From positions 33,642 to 97,641 of the forward strand of contig CAYWJX010000001.1 of NCBI GenBank assembly GCA_964459335.1: a stretch of DNA of 64,000 nucleotides, in the 5' to 3' direction. The notes beneath the pieces are model-generated. The model did no database searches and was not told the origin of the DNA. It saw nothing but the letters and a program-made list of their open reading frames with translations. Positions 41,777 to 51,767 of the stretch are shown one piece after another; position 1 is the first letter of the stretch; the number at the start of each line of letters is the position of its first letter. A program made the position numbers and the translations under genes. The stretch is from an uncultured Candidatus Saccharibacteria bacterium (GTDB lineage: Bacteria > Patescibacteriota > Minisyncoccia > Phycocordibacterales > SBAW01).

Positions 41777-42334
41777 TTATTTTAACAGATTCTTAAATTT
41801 GTCCTGCACCTTCTCGACTTTGGGGGTAATTATCAATTGACAGTACGGCGCGTTTTTGTGATGCTCAAAATATTGTTGGTGATAGTCCTCGGCTTTGTAA
41901 AATTGCACAAGTGGCTCGACCGACGTAACAATTTTTTTCGGCACGAGCATTTGGATGTTGGTTATGTATGTCTCCGACATTTGCTTTTGCCGCTCCGTGG
42001 TGTAAAAAATCGCCGAGCGATATTGCGGCCCCACATCGTTGCCTTGGCGGTTGGGCATGGTTGGATCATGGCTCGCAAAATATATTTGCAAAAGCTCGGG
42101 GAAGGCTATGAGGTCGGGGTTATACACAATTTTTGCCGACTCAACATAGGGAGTGGTGCCGGTTGAGACTTCATCGTAGCTCGGACCCTGCCTACCGGCA
42201 GGCAGGCCTATGTCATTTTTGTATACAGGCCCCGCGTATCCGGGCTCGACGCTCTCAACTCCCTTGATCATCAAAAAAACCGCCTCGGTGCACCAAAAGC
42301 ATCCTCCTCCAAAAACAATAGTCTCGGTATGCAT
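41777..42334 (-). CDS. msrA: peptide-methionine (S)-S-oxide reductase
   Basis: GGCFWCTE, HDPT..RQGND.G.QYRS, AEDYHQ. Confidence 0.95.
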   Translation of the reverse strand: MHTETIVFGGGCFWCTEAVFLMIKGVESVEPGYAGPVYKNDIGLPAGRQGPSYDEVSTGTTPYVESAKIVYNPDLIAFPELLQIYFASHDPTMPNRQGNDVGPQYRSAIFYTTERQKQMSETYITNIQMLVPKKIVTSVEPLVQFYKAEDYHQQYFEHHKNAPYCQLIITPKVEKVQDKFKNLLK

Positions 42335-42416
42335 AAAAATAGTTTTGACTTATCCGGCAAACATAAGTATTATACCGCGCGGAACCGATCTAAGGCGAAA
42401 TACGGGGGAAACGTAA

Positions 42417-42647
42417 ATGAAGGTCATCATTCACACTAACAATGAGCTTACAAAGTCTCGTTTGTCGCAAGAAGCAAAACGTCTATATCCTGAGGACGAA
42501 AGGCTCTTCACGAAGACACTCGACGAACTCAAAAAAGTTCTCGACGAACATTGCCCCGGAGTTGTCAGAATCTTCTTCGCTGGCGCTCAACTCGACGTCT
42601 TTGAAGCTCGCGAACACATTGAGCGGGCACGAGGCGTGCAAGTATGA
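42417..42647 (+). CDS. hypothetical protein
   Basis: 76 aa ORF, followed by a hairpin plus T-run. Confidence 0.45.
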   Translation: MKVIIHTNNELTKSRLSQEAKRLYPEDERLFTKTLDELKKVLDEHCPGVVRIFFAGAQLDVFEAREHIERARGVQV

Positions 42648-42677
42648 GCATTCAACTCCGCATCTTGCGGAGCTTTT

Positions 42678-43868
42678 TTATTTTAGATATTTTTTATTTT
42701 TTAATTTGTCGGGCAAATAGCTTTCTTTGTCGTACATTTTATAGCCTTTGTGGTAGCCGATATCCTTCATCAACTTTGTCGGTGCGTTACGCACCTTCAT
42801 GGGGATTGCCAGATTGCCGAGCTTTTTAACATCGTCAGCCGCCTCAAAATACGCGTCATATGAACGGCGCGATTTTTTGCACTGAGCCAGGTAGGCAACG
42901 CCGTGCGCGAGGTTGATGGCGCACTCCGGATAGCCAATGGTTTCGCACGCGCGAAAGACCGCGTTGGCAACAACGAGCGCGGTGGGCACCGCGAGCCCCA
43001 CATCCTCGCTCGCAAACACCACCATGCGCCGCGCGATAAACAGCGGGTCCTCCCCTGCTTCGACCATGCGCGCAAGATAGTAGAGCGCCGCGTCGGGCTG
43101 TGATGCGCGCATGCTTTTAATAAACGCACTGATGGTGTTGTAGTGCTCCTCGCCCATTTTGTCGTAGCGCAGATGTTGGGATTGTATGGACCGCTTGAGC
43201 GTGTCGACATTTATTGTGCCATAAAACATATGCGCGTTTTCGATAGCGTTGAGTGCCTGTCGCGCATCGCCTTGTGCAAACGCCACAAGCCAGTTGCGCG
43301 CGTCTTTGGGGACTTTCATTTTTGTATGCACGATTATTTTTTCTATCTCCTTTTCGCTCAGCTCATTGAGCACAAACACGCGGCAGCGCGAGAGGAGCGC
43401 ACCAATCACTTCAAAGCTCGGATTCTCGGTCGTGGCACCCACCAAAGTTAAATCGCCGCGCTCGACAAACGGTAACAAAAAATCCTGTTGCGCTTTATTA
43501 AACCGGTGGATTTCGTCGATGAACAAAACTTTGGGACGGGTAGCAACCGTGCTGGTAGCAAACGGTAGACTCACGCCTAGCGGCCCGGAGCGCCGTTTGT
43601 CTCCGGCACGGTTGCTACCCAACACATTTTTAATATCGTCCTTGCCTGCATCAACCGCCGAAAGCTCATAAAAATCGGCGTTGAGCGCGTTGGCGTAGAT
43701 ACGCGCAAGGGTTGTTTTGCCGCTCCCTGGTGGTCCCCACAAGATAAAAGAAAAAAGATGTTTGCCCTCGATAGCCTCGCGCAAAGGCTTGCCTTTTCCT
43801 ACCAGATGCTCCTGCCCCACAAACTCATCCAAGCTTTTGGGGCGGATTTTGTTCGCCAAAGGCTCCAT
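42678..43868 (-). CDS. rarA: replication-associated recombination protein A (MgsA)
   Basis: GPPGSGKTT, FIDEIHRFNKAQQD, GATTENP, SAFIKSMR. Confidence 0.95.
   Translation of the reverse strand: MEPLANKIRPKSLDEFVGQEHLVGKGKPLREAIEGKHLFSFILWGPPGSGKTTLARIYANALNADFYELSAVDAGKDDIKNVLGSNRAGDKRRSGPLGVSLPFATSTVATRPKVLFIDEIHRFNKAQQDFLLPFVERGDLTLVGATTENPSFEVIGALLSRCRVFVLNELSEKEIEKIIVHTKMKVPKDARNWLVAFAQGDARQALNAIENAHMFYGTINVDTLKRSIQSQHLRYDKMGEEHYNTISAFIKSMRASQPDAALYYLARMVEAGEDPLFIARRMVVFASEDVGLAVPTALVVANAVFRACETIGYPECAINLAHGVAYLAQCKKSRRSYDAYFEAADDVKKLGNLAIPMKVRNAPTKLMKDIGYHKGYKMYDKESYLPDKLKNKKYLK
43538..43620. repeat. hairpin cassette family C inside rarA
   Basis: 29 nt arms around agactcacgcctagcggcccggagc. 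Confidence 0.85.
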
Positions 43869-43934
43869 ATATATAGTATACGCTTCGCGTGTAAGAGCGG
43901 TACACTTATTTTAAGAAACCCTTAGCGGGGCTTG

Positions 43935-44219
43935 TTATTGGCAATTGAGAGCCGCTAGGCACTGCGCTTTTTGAACACCTTGATACTCGCCGCATGCGGC
44001 GCATTGCTCGGCAGTACCCTTTGGTGCATTGGGGTCGTAGACACCGCCGGCGCCTTGGTCGGGTGCGGGTTTTTGCTCTGCAGACGACGTTTGCGTTGCC
44101 GCTTGCGGTGTTGTCGTTGCCACCGTTGGCGCGCTGGTTACGGTTGGCTCACTCGTATACGCATACACGGCTCCTCCGATAACAATAAGCGCGACAAGAA
44201 TAAGCACTTTCTTATTCAT
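43935..44219 (-). CDS. small exported Cys-containing protein
   Basis: N-terminal TM, Thr/Pro linker, four Cys. Confidence 0.65.
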   Translation of the reverse strand: MNKKVLILVALIVIGGAVYAYTSEPTVTSAPTVATTTPQAATQTSSAEQKPAPDQGAGGVYDPNAPKGTAEQCAACGEYQGVQKAQCLAALNCQ

Positions 44220-44248
44220 ATGCAGTAAGTATACAATAGTCAGTATCC

Positions 44249-44818
44249 ATGGACACGAGCGATGAAGAACTCATACGCGCTTATCTTGGCGGTAACGAGA
44301 GTGCTTTTGCGGAGCTTACCAAACGACACCTAAGCGGCGTCTATTCTTTTGTCGTGCGTTTTGTGGGCAATGCCGAGGAAGCCGAGGACATCACGCAAGA
44401 GACATTTCTCAAGGCGTGGAAGAACCTCAAAAAATACGATTCTTCCTCGAGTAAATTTAAAACATGGCTCTTTCGGATTGCGCGCAACACCGCCATCGAC
44501 TTTTTGCGCAAAAAAAAGCACGTGCCATTTTCGCAATTTGATACGGAAGGCGGCGTCAATGTGCTCACCGAAACCATCCCCGACACCGAGGAGCTCCCCG
44601 ACGAGACTCTCATGAAGCTCGAAGACGCCAACGAACTCCACGCCGTCCTCGAGCGCCTGCCTCCCAAGGGGCGCGAAATTTTGTTGTTGTATTATACCAA
44701 TGAGCTCACGTTTGAGGAGATAGGCGAGGCTTTAGGAGAGCCGGCAAACACGGTTAAAAGCCGGCACCGGAGAGCCTTACAGACGCTCCGTAAAATATTG
44801 GAAGAACCTCCGGAGTGA
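44249..44818 (+). CDS. ECF sigma factor
   Basis: AEDITQETFLKAW, FKTWLFRIARN, region 4 TFEEIG..TVKSR. Confidence 0.93.
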   Translation: MDTSDEELIRAYLGGNESAFAELTKRHLSGVYSFVVRFVGNAEEAEDITQETFLKAWKNLKKYDSSSSKFKTWLFRIARNTAIDFLRKKKHVPFSQFDTEGGVNVLTETIPDTEELPDETLMKLEDANELHAVLERLPPKGREILLLYYTNELTFEEIGEALGEPANTVKSRHRRALQTLRKILEEPPE

Positions 44819-44831
44819 TAAGGCCTGTAGT

Positions 44832-44860
44832 TGCACCAAATATAAGCTAACAGACGTATA
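44832..44860 (+). promoter_or_regulatory. putative ECF promoter TGCACC-N17-CGTATA
   Basis: same hexamers and spacing at 51269-51297; 6 nt upstream of ATG 44867. Confidence 0.6.
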
Positions 44861-44866
44861 AAAGGT

Positions 44867-45277
44867 ATGGAAAAAGGGCAAAAAATAAGCGTATATCTCC
44901 AAACTATCGAACCCGCGGCGGGTCTCTATGGCGCCGTTATGGAACGCATTGCCTACGCCAAGCGCCGCCAGGCACGCATGAGGAGCGGCCTTTTTGCCGC
45001 GCTTGCCATTGTGTCTGGTGCCGCGTTGGTGCCGGCGTTTCAATACACAGCCGAGCAATTTTATGTGTCGGGTTTTTACGATTATTTTACGCTCGTATTT
45101 TCCGACCGCGGATTTGTGCTCACCTATTGGCGGCAGTTTAGCCTCTCTCTTGTAGAGTCGCTGCCTTCTTTGGCACTCCTTTTGCTCTTGCCGATCGTAT
45201 GCGCACTCGGGTACTCACTGTATCGTTTGACGCAAACGAGCCGCATTGCGTTTACCGCCGTGCATGCAAGCGCATAA
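44867..45277 (+). CDS. membrane protein, putative anti-sigma factor
   Basis: directly after the ECF sigma; two TMs. Confidence 0.6.
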   Translation: MEKGQKISVYLQTIEPAAGLYGAVMERIAYAKRRQARMRSGLFAALAIVSGAALVPAFQYTAEQFYVSGFYDYFTLVFSDRGFVLTYWRQFSLSLVESLPSLALLLLLPIVCALGYSLYRLTQTSRIAFTAVHASA

Positions 45278-45284
45278 TTATCGT

Positions 45285-45755
45285 ATGCTTGAAGATTATT
45301 TTTTTACCAAACGTACAAAGTGGGTGCTGTGGGGATTGCTCGCGCTCATCGTGGCCGCACTCATCTTCCACGCGGGCGTCGTGGTGGGACTCCACGACCG
45401 CGGCATGCCCGGCCACGATTTTGATAAAAGTTGGTTTGATGCACAAATACCGTTTGGTGGAGGAATTCTCCCCCTGCCGCAAGGTTTTATACCGGGCGGC
45501 CATGGGGCGTTTGGCACGATTGCCTCCATTACACTGCCTGCCGTCACGCTTACCACACGCGACGGCGTTACACTCACGGTTAAGGTTGATGAGGACACGC
45601 AAATTGTGGGTGCCACTCCCGAGGGCACGAGTAGCCCCACAGCGCTTAAGGTGGGAGACGTGATAGTTGTGCTCGGCGATCCGGATGATATAAGCTCAAG
45701 TAGCACGGTAGACGCACGGCTTATCCGCATATTACCTCCTCCTATTAATAAATAA
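45285..45755 (+). CDS. DUF5666-like membrane-anchored beta-rich protein
   Basis: TM then G.I.SI..T..LKVGD.IVVLG..DARLIRI. Confidence 0.6.
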   Translation: MLEDYFFTKRTKWVLWGLLALIVAALIFHAGVVVGLHDRGMPGHDFDKSWFDAQIPFGGGILPLPQGFIPGGHGAFGTIASITLPAVTLTTRDGVTLTVKVDEDTQIVGATPEGTSSPTALKVGDVIVVLGDPDDISSSSTVDARLIRILPPPINK

Positions 45756-45760
45756 TATAT

Positions 45761-47545
45761 ATGATCAAAAAAATAGCGGCCTGGTTTAACGCAGTTAAAA
45801 AATATGCATTCGCACACAAAATAATAAGTGCGATTGTGCTTGTCGTAGTGCTCGGCGGCGCGTGGTATATCTATGGGGCCACTACCTCGACGAGCGGTCA
45901 AACCCGCTATGTGCTCGGTGTAGTGGCAAGCAGCACCATTATCTCGACCGTGTCCGAGAGCGGACAAGTGAGCGCGAGCGATACGCTCACCATTACACCG
46001 CAAGTTTCCGGACAGGTGATATCGGTCAATGTGACGCCTGGGGAAGAAGTACATGCCGGGCAACAGATTGCCGAAATCGACCCTACTAATGCATTGCAGG
46101 CGGTGCAAAGCGCCAAAGAAAATTTGCAGAGCGCTCAGCTCGCTTTGCAAAAATTGCAGGAGCCGGCCACCACGCTCACGCTTACGCAACAGCAAAACAA
46201 CATTACGCAAAGCCAGCAAAGCCTTACCACGCTCTATCAAAGCAGTTATAGCGACGTCATCAATACCTTTGTCGACTTGCCCGCTATCATATCGGGGCTC
46301 CAAGATGTTGACCTCGGTAACGAGGCGGCGGGCGCATCCCAATGGAACATCGACTACTACTCGAGCCAGGCAAGCAAATATAATAGCCAGGCGAGCACCT
46401 ATCGCAATACCGCGTATAATGACTATCTTGCCGCACGCGCTTCGTACGACCAGACCTTTGCCGACTACCAGGCGCTCCCTTCCGTTCCCGACCAAACCAC
46501 TATCACCAACATTCTGCAGGAAACGTCGAGCACGACAGCCACCATTGCGACCGCCGTTAAAAGCGCCAACAACCTTATACAATTTTACAATGATCAGCTG
46601 ACCGAAAACGGCGGCACTCCTAAAGCTATCGCCGCTACACAAATAACCAATCTTAACTCCTATTTGAGCAAGGCGCAGACGCACATCAATACGCTCCTCG
46701 GCGACACAAACAGTCTCGTTAGTGATCAGCAAAGCATCACGATAGCCGAGCAAACACTTGCGCAAACACAAACAGGCGCCGACCCGCTCGATGTGCAAGG
46801 CGACCAGCTCAGCGTGCAAAAAGCACAGGAAGCACTCGACCAGGCCAACCAAACGCTCGCCGAATATTATGTCACCGCTCCGTTTGCGGGCCAGATAGCA
46901 TCGGTGCCGGTTAACCAATACGACCAAGCCGGCAGCGGCACCACGCTCGCAACGTTGGTGACGACACAGCAATACGCCGACCTTTCGCTCAACGAAGTGG
47001 ATGCGGCAAAAATACAGCTGGGCAATAAAGCAACAATTACTTTTGACGCGATACCGAGCCTCACCTTGACCGGCACGGTGGCTCAAATCGACCCGGTCGG
47101 CACCGTTTCGCAGGGTGTGGTTACCTACGACGTAAAAATTTCTTTTGACACGCAAGACTCGCGCGTTAAAACGGGCATGTCGGTCAATGCCAACATACAA
47201 ACCGCTGTTGCCGAAGGGGCACTCACGGTGCCCTCGGCAGCAATTAAAACAACCAACGGCGTGAGTTATATACAAGTGTTTAACCCGCCGCTCTCGACTA
47301 CGGGCGCAACGGTGAGCCAGGGCGTCGTCTCGGTTACCGCTCCTCAAAATGTCATGGTAACGACCGGCATCTCCGATACCACCAACACGCAGATTCTCTC
47401 CGGATTAACTCCCGGTGAGCAGATAGTGGTGCGCACAACGACGGGTAGTACGGCAACGGTAAGCGCCGCGGCGGCCGCAACGAGCCGCACCGGTGGCGCA
47501 GGCGGAGGGTTTGGTGGTGGAGGCGGTGCGGCGGTGCGATTGTAG
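45761..47545 (+). CDS. efflux periplasmic adaptor subunit (MacA/HlyD-like)
   Basis: VSGQV..V.V.PG lipoyl halves, TAPFAG, coiled coil, VPSAAI, LSGL.PGE. Confidence 0.9.
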   Translation: MIKKIAAWFNAVKKYAFAHKIISAIVLVVVLGGAWYIYGATTSTSGQTRYVLGVVASSTIISTVSESGQVSASDTLTITPQVSGQVISVNVTPGEEVHAGQQIAEIDPTNALQAVQSAKENLQSAQLALQKLQEPATTLTLTQQQNNITQSQQSLTTLYQSSYSDVINTFVDLPAIISGLQDVDLGNEAAGASQWNIDYYSSQASKYNSQASTYRNTAYNDYLAARASYDQTFADYQALPSVPDQTTITNILQETSSTTATIATAVKSANNLIQFYNDQLTENGGTPKAIAATQITNLNSYLSKAQTHINTLLGDTNSLVSDQQSITIAEQTLAQTQTGADPLDVQGDQLSVQKAQEALDQANQTLAEYYVTAPFAGQIASVPVNQYDQAGSGTTLATLVTTQQYADLSLNEVDAAKIQLGNKATITFDAIPSLTLTGTVAQIDPVGTVSQGVVTYDVKISFDTQDSRVKTGMSVNANIQTAVAEGALTVPSAAIKTTNGVSYIQVFNPPLSTTGATVSQGVVSVTAPQNVMVTTGISDTTNTQILSGLTPGEQIVVRTTTGSTATVSAAAAATSRTGGAGGGFGGGGGAAVRL

Positions 47546-47642
47546 TAGAAATTAAATTTATGGAGTGTTCGCAGGCCTGACGAGGCCGGAGATAGGAAAT
47601 TTTCAGCAGAAAATTTCTGCACTCCAGAAAATTAATTTCTAC
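47545..47642. repeat. intergenic hairpin cassette
   Basis: 23 nt arms (21/23) enclosing ggcctgacgaggcc and gaaattttcagcagaaaatttc. Confidence 0.75.
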
Positions 47643-47657
47643 GAAAAACAAAATACC

Positions 47658-48371
47658 ATGATCGAAGTAAAAAACATCACCAAAACATACGGCTACGGCG
47701 ACACGGCCTTCCAAGCGCTTAACGGAGTTTCCTTTACGATTGAAGACGGCGAATTTGTCGCCATTATGGGACCTTCGGGCTCGGGCAAGTCGACGATGAT
47801 GCACATCCTCGGTTGTCTCGATACACCCACCTCCGGCACGTACCACCTCGACGGCAAGGACGTATCAAAGATGGACGACGAGGAACTCGCCGAAATTCGC
47901 AAAGATAAAATCGGATTTGTCTTCCAAGCATTCAACCTTCTTCCGCGCACCACGGTGTTACGCAACGTCATGTTGCCGCTTATGTATGCCGGTGTACCCG
48001 AGGACGAGCGCGTGGCGCGTGCCAAAGAGGCGCTACATTCCGCGGGTATGGTGGAGACGCATTTTATGCACAAGAGCAATGAGCTCTCGGGCGGCCAGAT
48101 ACAACGCGTCGCTATCGCACGCGCGCTTGTTAACGACCCATCACTTATTTTGGCCGACGAACCAACCGGAAACCTCGACACTAAAACGGGCGAGATTGTT
48201 CTCGGCACCTTTCAAAAACTCAACAAAGACTTTGGCAGTACTATCGTACTCATTACCCATGAGCCCGACATTGCCGAGCATGCCGAGCGCATTATTATGC
48301 TCCGCGACGGCGTGATTGTTTCGGATACCAAAAATCACAAACAAAGGCTCGCCCCTATTCATGAAAAATAA
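47658..48371 (+). CDS. ABC ATP-binding protein (MacB/LolD-like)
   Basis: [22 protein letters not shown]. Confidence 0.94.
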   Translation: MIEVKNITKTYGYGDTAFQALNGVSFTIEDGEFVAIMGPSGSGKSTMMHILGCLDTPTSGTYHLDGKDVSKMDDEELAEIRKDKIGFVFQAFNLLPRTTVLRNVMLPLMYAGVPEDERVARAKEALHSAGMVETHFMHKSNELSGGQIQRVAIARALVNDPSLILADEPTGNLDTKTGEIVLGTFQKLNKDFGSTIVLITHEPDIAEHAERIIMLRDGVIVSDTKNHKQRLAPIHEK

Positions 48372-48412
48372 AAAAGATTTATATTAAATCTTTTTATTTT
48401 CTTTAAAATTAT

Positions 48413-49660
48413 ATGACTTTCAAAGATACACTCGAAGAAACCTATGCCGCACTCTCCGCAAATAGAGTGCGTTCGAGTCTCACGATACTTGGCATCGTCA
48501 TCGGCATCTCATCGGTTATTGCGCTTGTCTCGGTGGGTCAAGGCGCATCGGCATCCATATCCTCCAGTGTCAATGCACTCGGCTCCAACCTGCTTGAAAT
48601 AACACCGGGCGCCACGCGCCAAATAGGCGCAGGTGTCTCCGCTGGGCGCGGTACGGCACAGACGCTAACACAAGGCGACTCCGATGCCATATCCGCACAG
48701 GTTGCAAATGTACAATCGGTTGCCGACGAAGTCACCGGCAACTATCAGGTCGTGGCGCAAGGAAACAACACACGCGTTACCGTCGATGGCGTGAGCGAGG
48801 ACTATCCGCAAATACGCAACGTTGCCATCGACCAGGGCGCATTTGTTACCGACCAGCAAAGCATATCGCTCAACAAAGTGGCCGTGCTTGGTCCTACCGT
48901 AGCCGCCGACCTCTTTGGGACCGATACAACGCAGCCTGATGGGCTCCCAACCGGCATCGTGGGCCAAACCATCCGCATCAACAACATCGATTTTACCGTC
49001 ATAGGCATCGATGTTGCCAAGGGCGGCACGAGCTTTGGCTCCCAAGACAACGAGGTTTTTATTCCCGTTCAAACCGCTCAGCGATTTCTTACCGGCAACA
49101 ACTATCTCTCGACCATCGACGTACAGGCAAATAGTTCAACCGTGATGACGCAGGTACAAAACGATATCACCACTCTCCTTTTGGCCCGGCACAACATTAC
49201 CAATCCGACGCTGGCCGATTTTAGCGTGCTCAATCAGGCCGACATTTTGGCAAGCGCCTCATCAATCGGTACCACGCTTACGTATCTCCTTGGCGCCATT
49301 GCGGGCATCTCGCTTTTGGTGGGCGGCATCGGCATTATGAACATGATGCTCACCACCGTGACCGAGCGCACGCGCGAGATCGGCTTGCGCAAAGCTATCG
49401 GCGCGCGCAAGAGCGACATCAGCACGCAATTTTTAGTGGAGGCGGTCGCGCTTACGGTTATCGGCGGCATTATCGGCATTGTGCTCGGGGTTTCGATATC
49501 ACTTGGGGTGTCGTGGTCGGGACTCATCACCACCAGTATCTCGTGGGAGGCCATCGTACTCGCGTTTGGCGTCTCCGCCGCTATCGGTATCGCGTTTGGT
49601 TGGTATCCCGCGCGCCGCGCCGCCGGGCTCAACCCAATTGAGGCTCTGCGTTTTGAGTAG
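48413..49660 (+). CDS. ABC permease (MacB/FtsX family)
   Basis: LT.LGIVIG, VGGIGIMN, ERTREIGLRKAIGA, PA.RAA.L.PIEALR. Confidence 0.94.
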   Translation: MTFKDTLEETYAALSANRVRSSLTILGIVIGISSVIALVSVGQGASASISSSVNALGSNLLEITPGATRQIGAGVSAGRGTAQTLTQGDSDAISAQVANVQSVADEVTGNYQVVAQGNNTRVTVDGVSEDYPQIRNVAIDQGAFVTDQQSISLNKVAVLGPTVAADLFGTDTTQPDGLPTGIVGQTIRINNIDFTVIGIDVAKGGTSFGSQDNEVFIPVQTAQRFLTGNNYLSTIDVQANSSTVMTQVQNDITTLLLARHNITNPTLADFSVLNQADILASASSIGTTLTYLLGAIAGISLLVGGIGIMNMMLTTVTERTREIGLRKAIGARKSDISTQFLVEAVALTVIGGIIGIVLGVSISLGVSWSGLITTSISWEAIVLAFGVSAAIGIAFGWYPARRAAGLNPIEALRFE

Positions 49661-49695
49661 CAAAAAGCCTCTATGGTACACTTATAATTCTCACT

Positions 49696-50493
49696 ATGGC
49701 TGAACGCGCAAATATTATTGACGTAAAAAATCTTACCAAGACATTTGGGGAGATGCGCGCGGTCGACAATATATCTTTTTCCGTTGCCGAGGGCGAGCGG
49801 TTTGCCTTCCTCGGTCCCAACGGCGCCGGCAAGTCGACAACAATAAAAATGCTCACCACGCTACTTTCCCCCACTTCGGGCAGTATTGTACTTGCGGGAC
49901 ACAATCCGGTCGAGGATGCCGATGCCGCGCGCAAAAGCTTTGGCATCGTCTTCCAGGACCCGTCGCTCGACGAGGACTTGACCGCGTGGGAAAACATGGA
50001 GTTCCACGGCGTACTTTACAGCGTGCCAAAGGAAACGCGCCGCAAACGCATCGACGAACTTCTCAATTTTGTCGAGCTCTACGACCGCAAAGACAGTTTT
50101 GTGCGCGACTTCTCCGGCGGCATGAAGCGCCGGCTCGAGATAGCGCGCGGCCTTTTGCATCATCCAAAAATAATCTTCCTCGACGAGCCGACGCTCGGCC
50201 TCGACCCGCAAACCCGCAATCACATGTGGCAATATTTGGAAAAGTTAAACAAAGAGGAGGGTATCACCGTATTTTTTACTACACACTACATGGATGAGGC
50301 CGATAGGGTTGCCGAGCGCATTGCTATTATCGACCACGGCAAAATCATCGCTACCGGGAGCGGCGAAGAGTTAAAAAAGCAAACCGGCACCGCAACACTC
50401 GAAGACGCCTTCCTCAAACTCACCGGCAGTGAGATACGCGAAGAAGGCGCCGACTCGCTCGCGCATATGCGCATGCGGCACGGCGGAAGATAA
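49696..50493 (+). CDS. ABC ATP-binding protein (DrrA-like)
   Basis: GPNGAGKS, FSGGMKRR, LDEPT.GLD, TLED.FL.LTG. Confidence 0.93.
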   Translation: MAERANIIDVKNLTKTFGEMRAVDNISFSVAEGERFAFLGPNGAGKSTTIKMLTTLLSPTSGSIVLAGHNPVEDADAARKSFGIVFQDPSLDEDLTAWENMEFHGVLYSVPKETRRKRIDELLNFVELYDRKDSFVRDFSGGMKRRLEIARGLLHHPKIIFLDEPTLGLDPQTRNHMWQYLEKLNKEEGITVFFTTHYMDEADRVAERIAIIDHGKIIATGSGEELKKQTGTATLEDAFLKLTGSEIREEGADSLAHMRMRHGGR

Positions 50494-50503
50494 TTCACTA
50501 TAT

Positions 50504-51250
50504 ATGAACGCAATTTACATCATGTGGCTCCGCGAAGTTAAGCGTTTTTCGCGCTCCAAGTCGCGTATTGTAGGCTCGCTTATGCAACCGCTCCTCTTTT
50601 TAATTTCGTTTGGATACGGCTTTGGCGCGGTGTTTGCGGCGGCAGGCCAAGGCAGTTACATCAGTTTTTTGGCGCCCGGCATCATTGGCATGAGCATCAT
50701 CTTTACCTCCATCTTTAACGGCATGCAGGTCATTTGGGATAGACAATTTGGATTTCTCAAAGAAACGCTCGTAGCGCCCGTGCCACGCATCGCCATCATG
50801 TTTGGCCGCACATTGGGCGGCGCCACCGTGGCAACGCTCCAAGGCTGTATCGTGCTCGTGATGACGCTGTTTGTCGGCTTCCACCCCGTGTCGTGGGTGC
50901 TGGTCGTGCCGGCGATACTCATCATGCTTTTTATCGGGACGCTCTTTTCGGCGCTTGGCATGATGGTCGCCTCGCTCATGCGCGACATGCAGGGCTTCCA
51001 GCTGGTGATGAACTTTATGGTTATGCCGCTCTTCTTTCTCTCCGGCGCGCTCTTCCCGCTCACCTCGGTGCCGCAAGTCTTGCAGTGGATAGCGGCGGCC
51101 GACCCGCTCTCCTACGGCATCGACGCGATGCGCATCCTGCTCATTAACAACGCACACTACGGTTTGCCGCTCGACTTGGCCGTACTCACCGCTTTTACGC
51201 TCCTCTTTTTGAGCCTTGGTTCTTACTTCTTTTCAAAAATCCAAGTATAA
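50504..51250 (+). CDS. ABC-2 type permease (DrrB-like)
   Basis: FLAPGIIGM, G.LKE.LVAP, FLSGA.FP, PLSYGID. Confidence 0.92.
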   Translation: MNAIYIMWLREVKRFSRSKSRIVGSLMQPLLFLISFGYGFGAVFAAAGQGSYISFLAPGIIGMSIIFTSIFNGMQVIWDRQFGFLKETLVAPVPRIAIMFGRTLGGATVATLQGCIVLVMTLFVGFHPVSWVLVVPAILIMLFIGTLFSALGMMVASLMRDMQGFQLVMNFMVMPLFFLSGALFPLTSVPQVLQWIAAADPLSYGIDAMRILLINNAHYGLPLDLAVLTAFTLLFLSLGSYFFSKIQV

Positions 51251-51268
51251 TGGTGCGCACTGGAGCCG

Positions 51269-51297
51269 TGCACCTTCTTATAAACCTTTAACGTATA
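51269..51297 (+). promoter_or_regulatory. putative ECF promoter TGCACC-N17-CGTATA
   Basis: matches 44832-44860; 7 nt upstream of ATG 51305. Confidence 0.6.
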
Positions 51298-51304
51298 CAG
51301 TGAT

Positions 51305-51751
51305 ATGAATAAAAACCAATTAATTGGGGTCATTGTCGCTTTAGTTGTAGTGGGCGGAGGAGCTTTTTATGGTGGTATGAGTTATGCGGGGAGTCAGACG
51401 CCTGCAAAGAGCAACACTTTTGCGGCGGGCGCGGGCGGCTTTGCGGGGCGCACCGGTGCTCGCGGCGCCGCGGGAGGCGGCTTTACGGCAGGTACCATCG
51501 TGGCAAGCAGTAACGGCAGTATCTCGATACAACAGCAAAACGGCTCGAGCACCGAGATAGTGCTTGTTGGTCCATCAACACAAATACTCAAGACAGTCGC
51601 GGGCAGTGCAAGTGATTTGAGCGTCGGTACCACGGTTACGATTACGGGCACCGGGAACAGCGACGGTTCAATGACCGCCAACTCAATCCAGATCCGCCCT
51701 GCAGGTATGGGTTTGCCCGGCCGCACTGCAACACCCGCGTCGGGACAATAA
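51305..51751 (+). CDS. DUF5666-like exported protein
   Basis: TM, Gly-rich linker, SDL.VG..V...G..NSDGS.TA..IQI. Confidence 0.7.
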   Translation: MNKNQLIGVIVALVVVGGGAFYGGMSYAGSQTPAKSNTFAAGAGGFAGRTGARGAAGGGFTAGTIVASSNGSISIQQQNGSSTEIVLVGPSTQILKTVAGSASDLSVGTTVTITGTGNSDGSMTANSIQIRPAGMGLPGRTATPASGQ

Positions 51752-51767
51752 TATATAGTTAGGAGTC

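Noticed and set aside
45296-47347. 683 aa minus-strand ORF
   Set aside because: Antisense shadow of the efflux adaptor gene, with no motifs.
47570-47620. Hammerhead ribozyme suggested by CTGACGA...GAAA
   Set aside because: No pairable stem II between CTGACGA and GAAA, and stem I is poor; better explained as a hairpin cassette.
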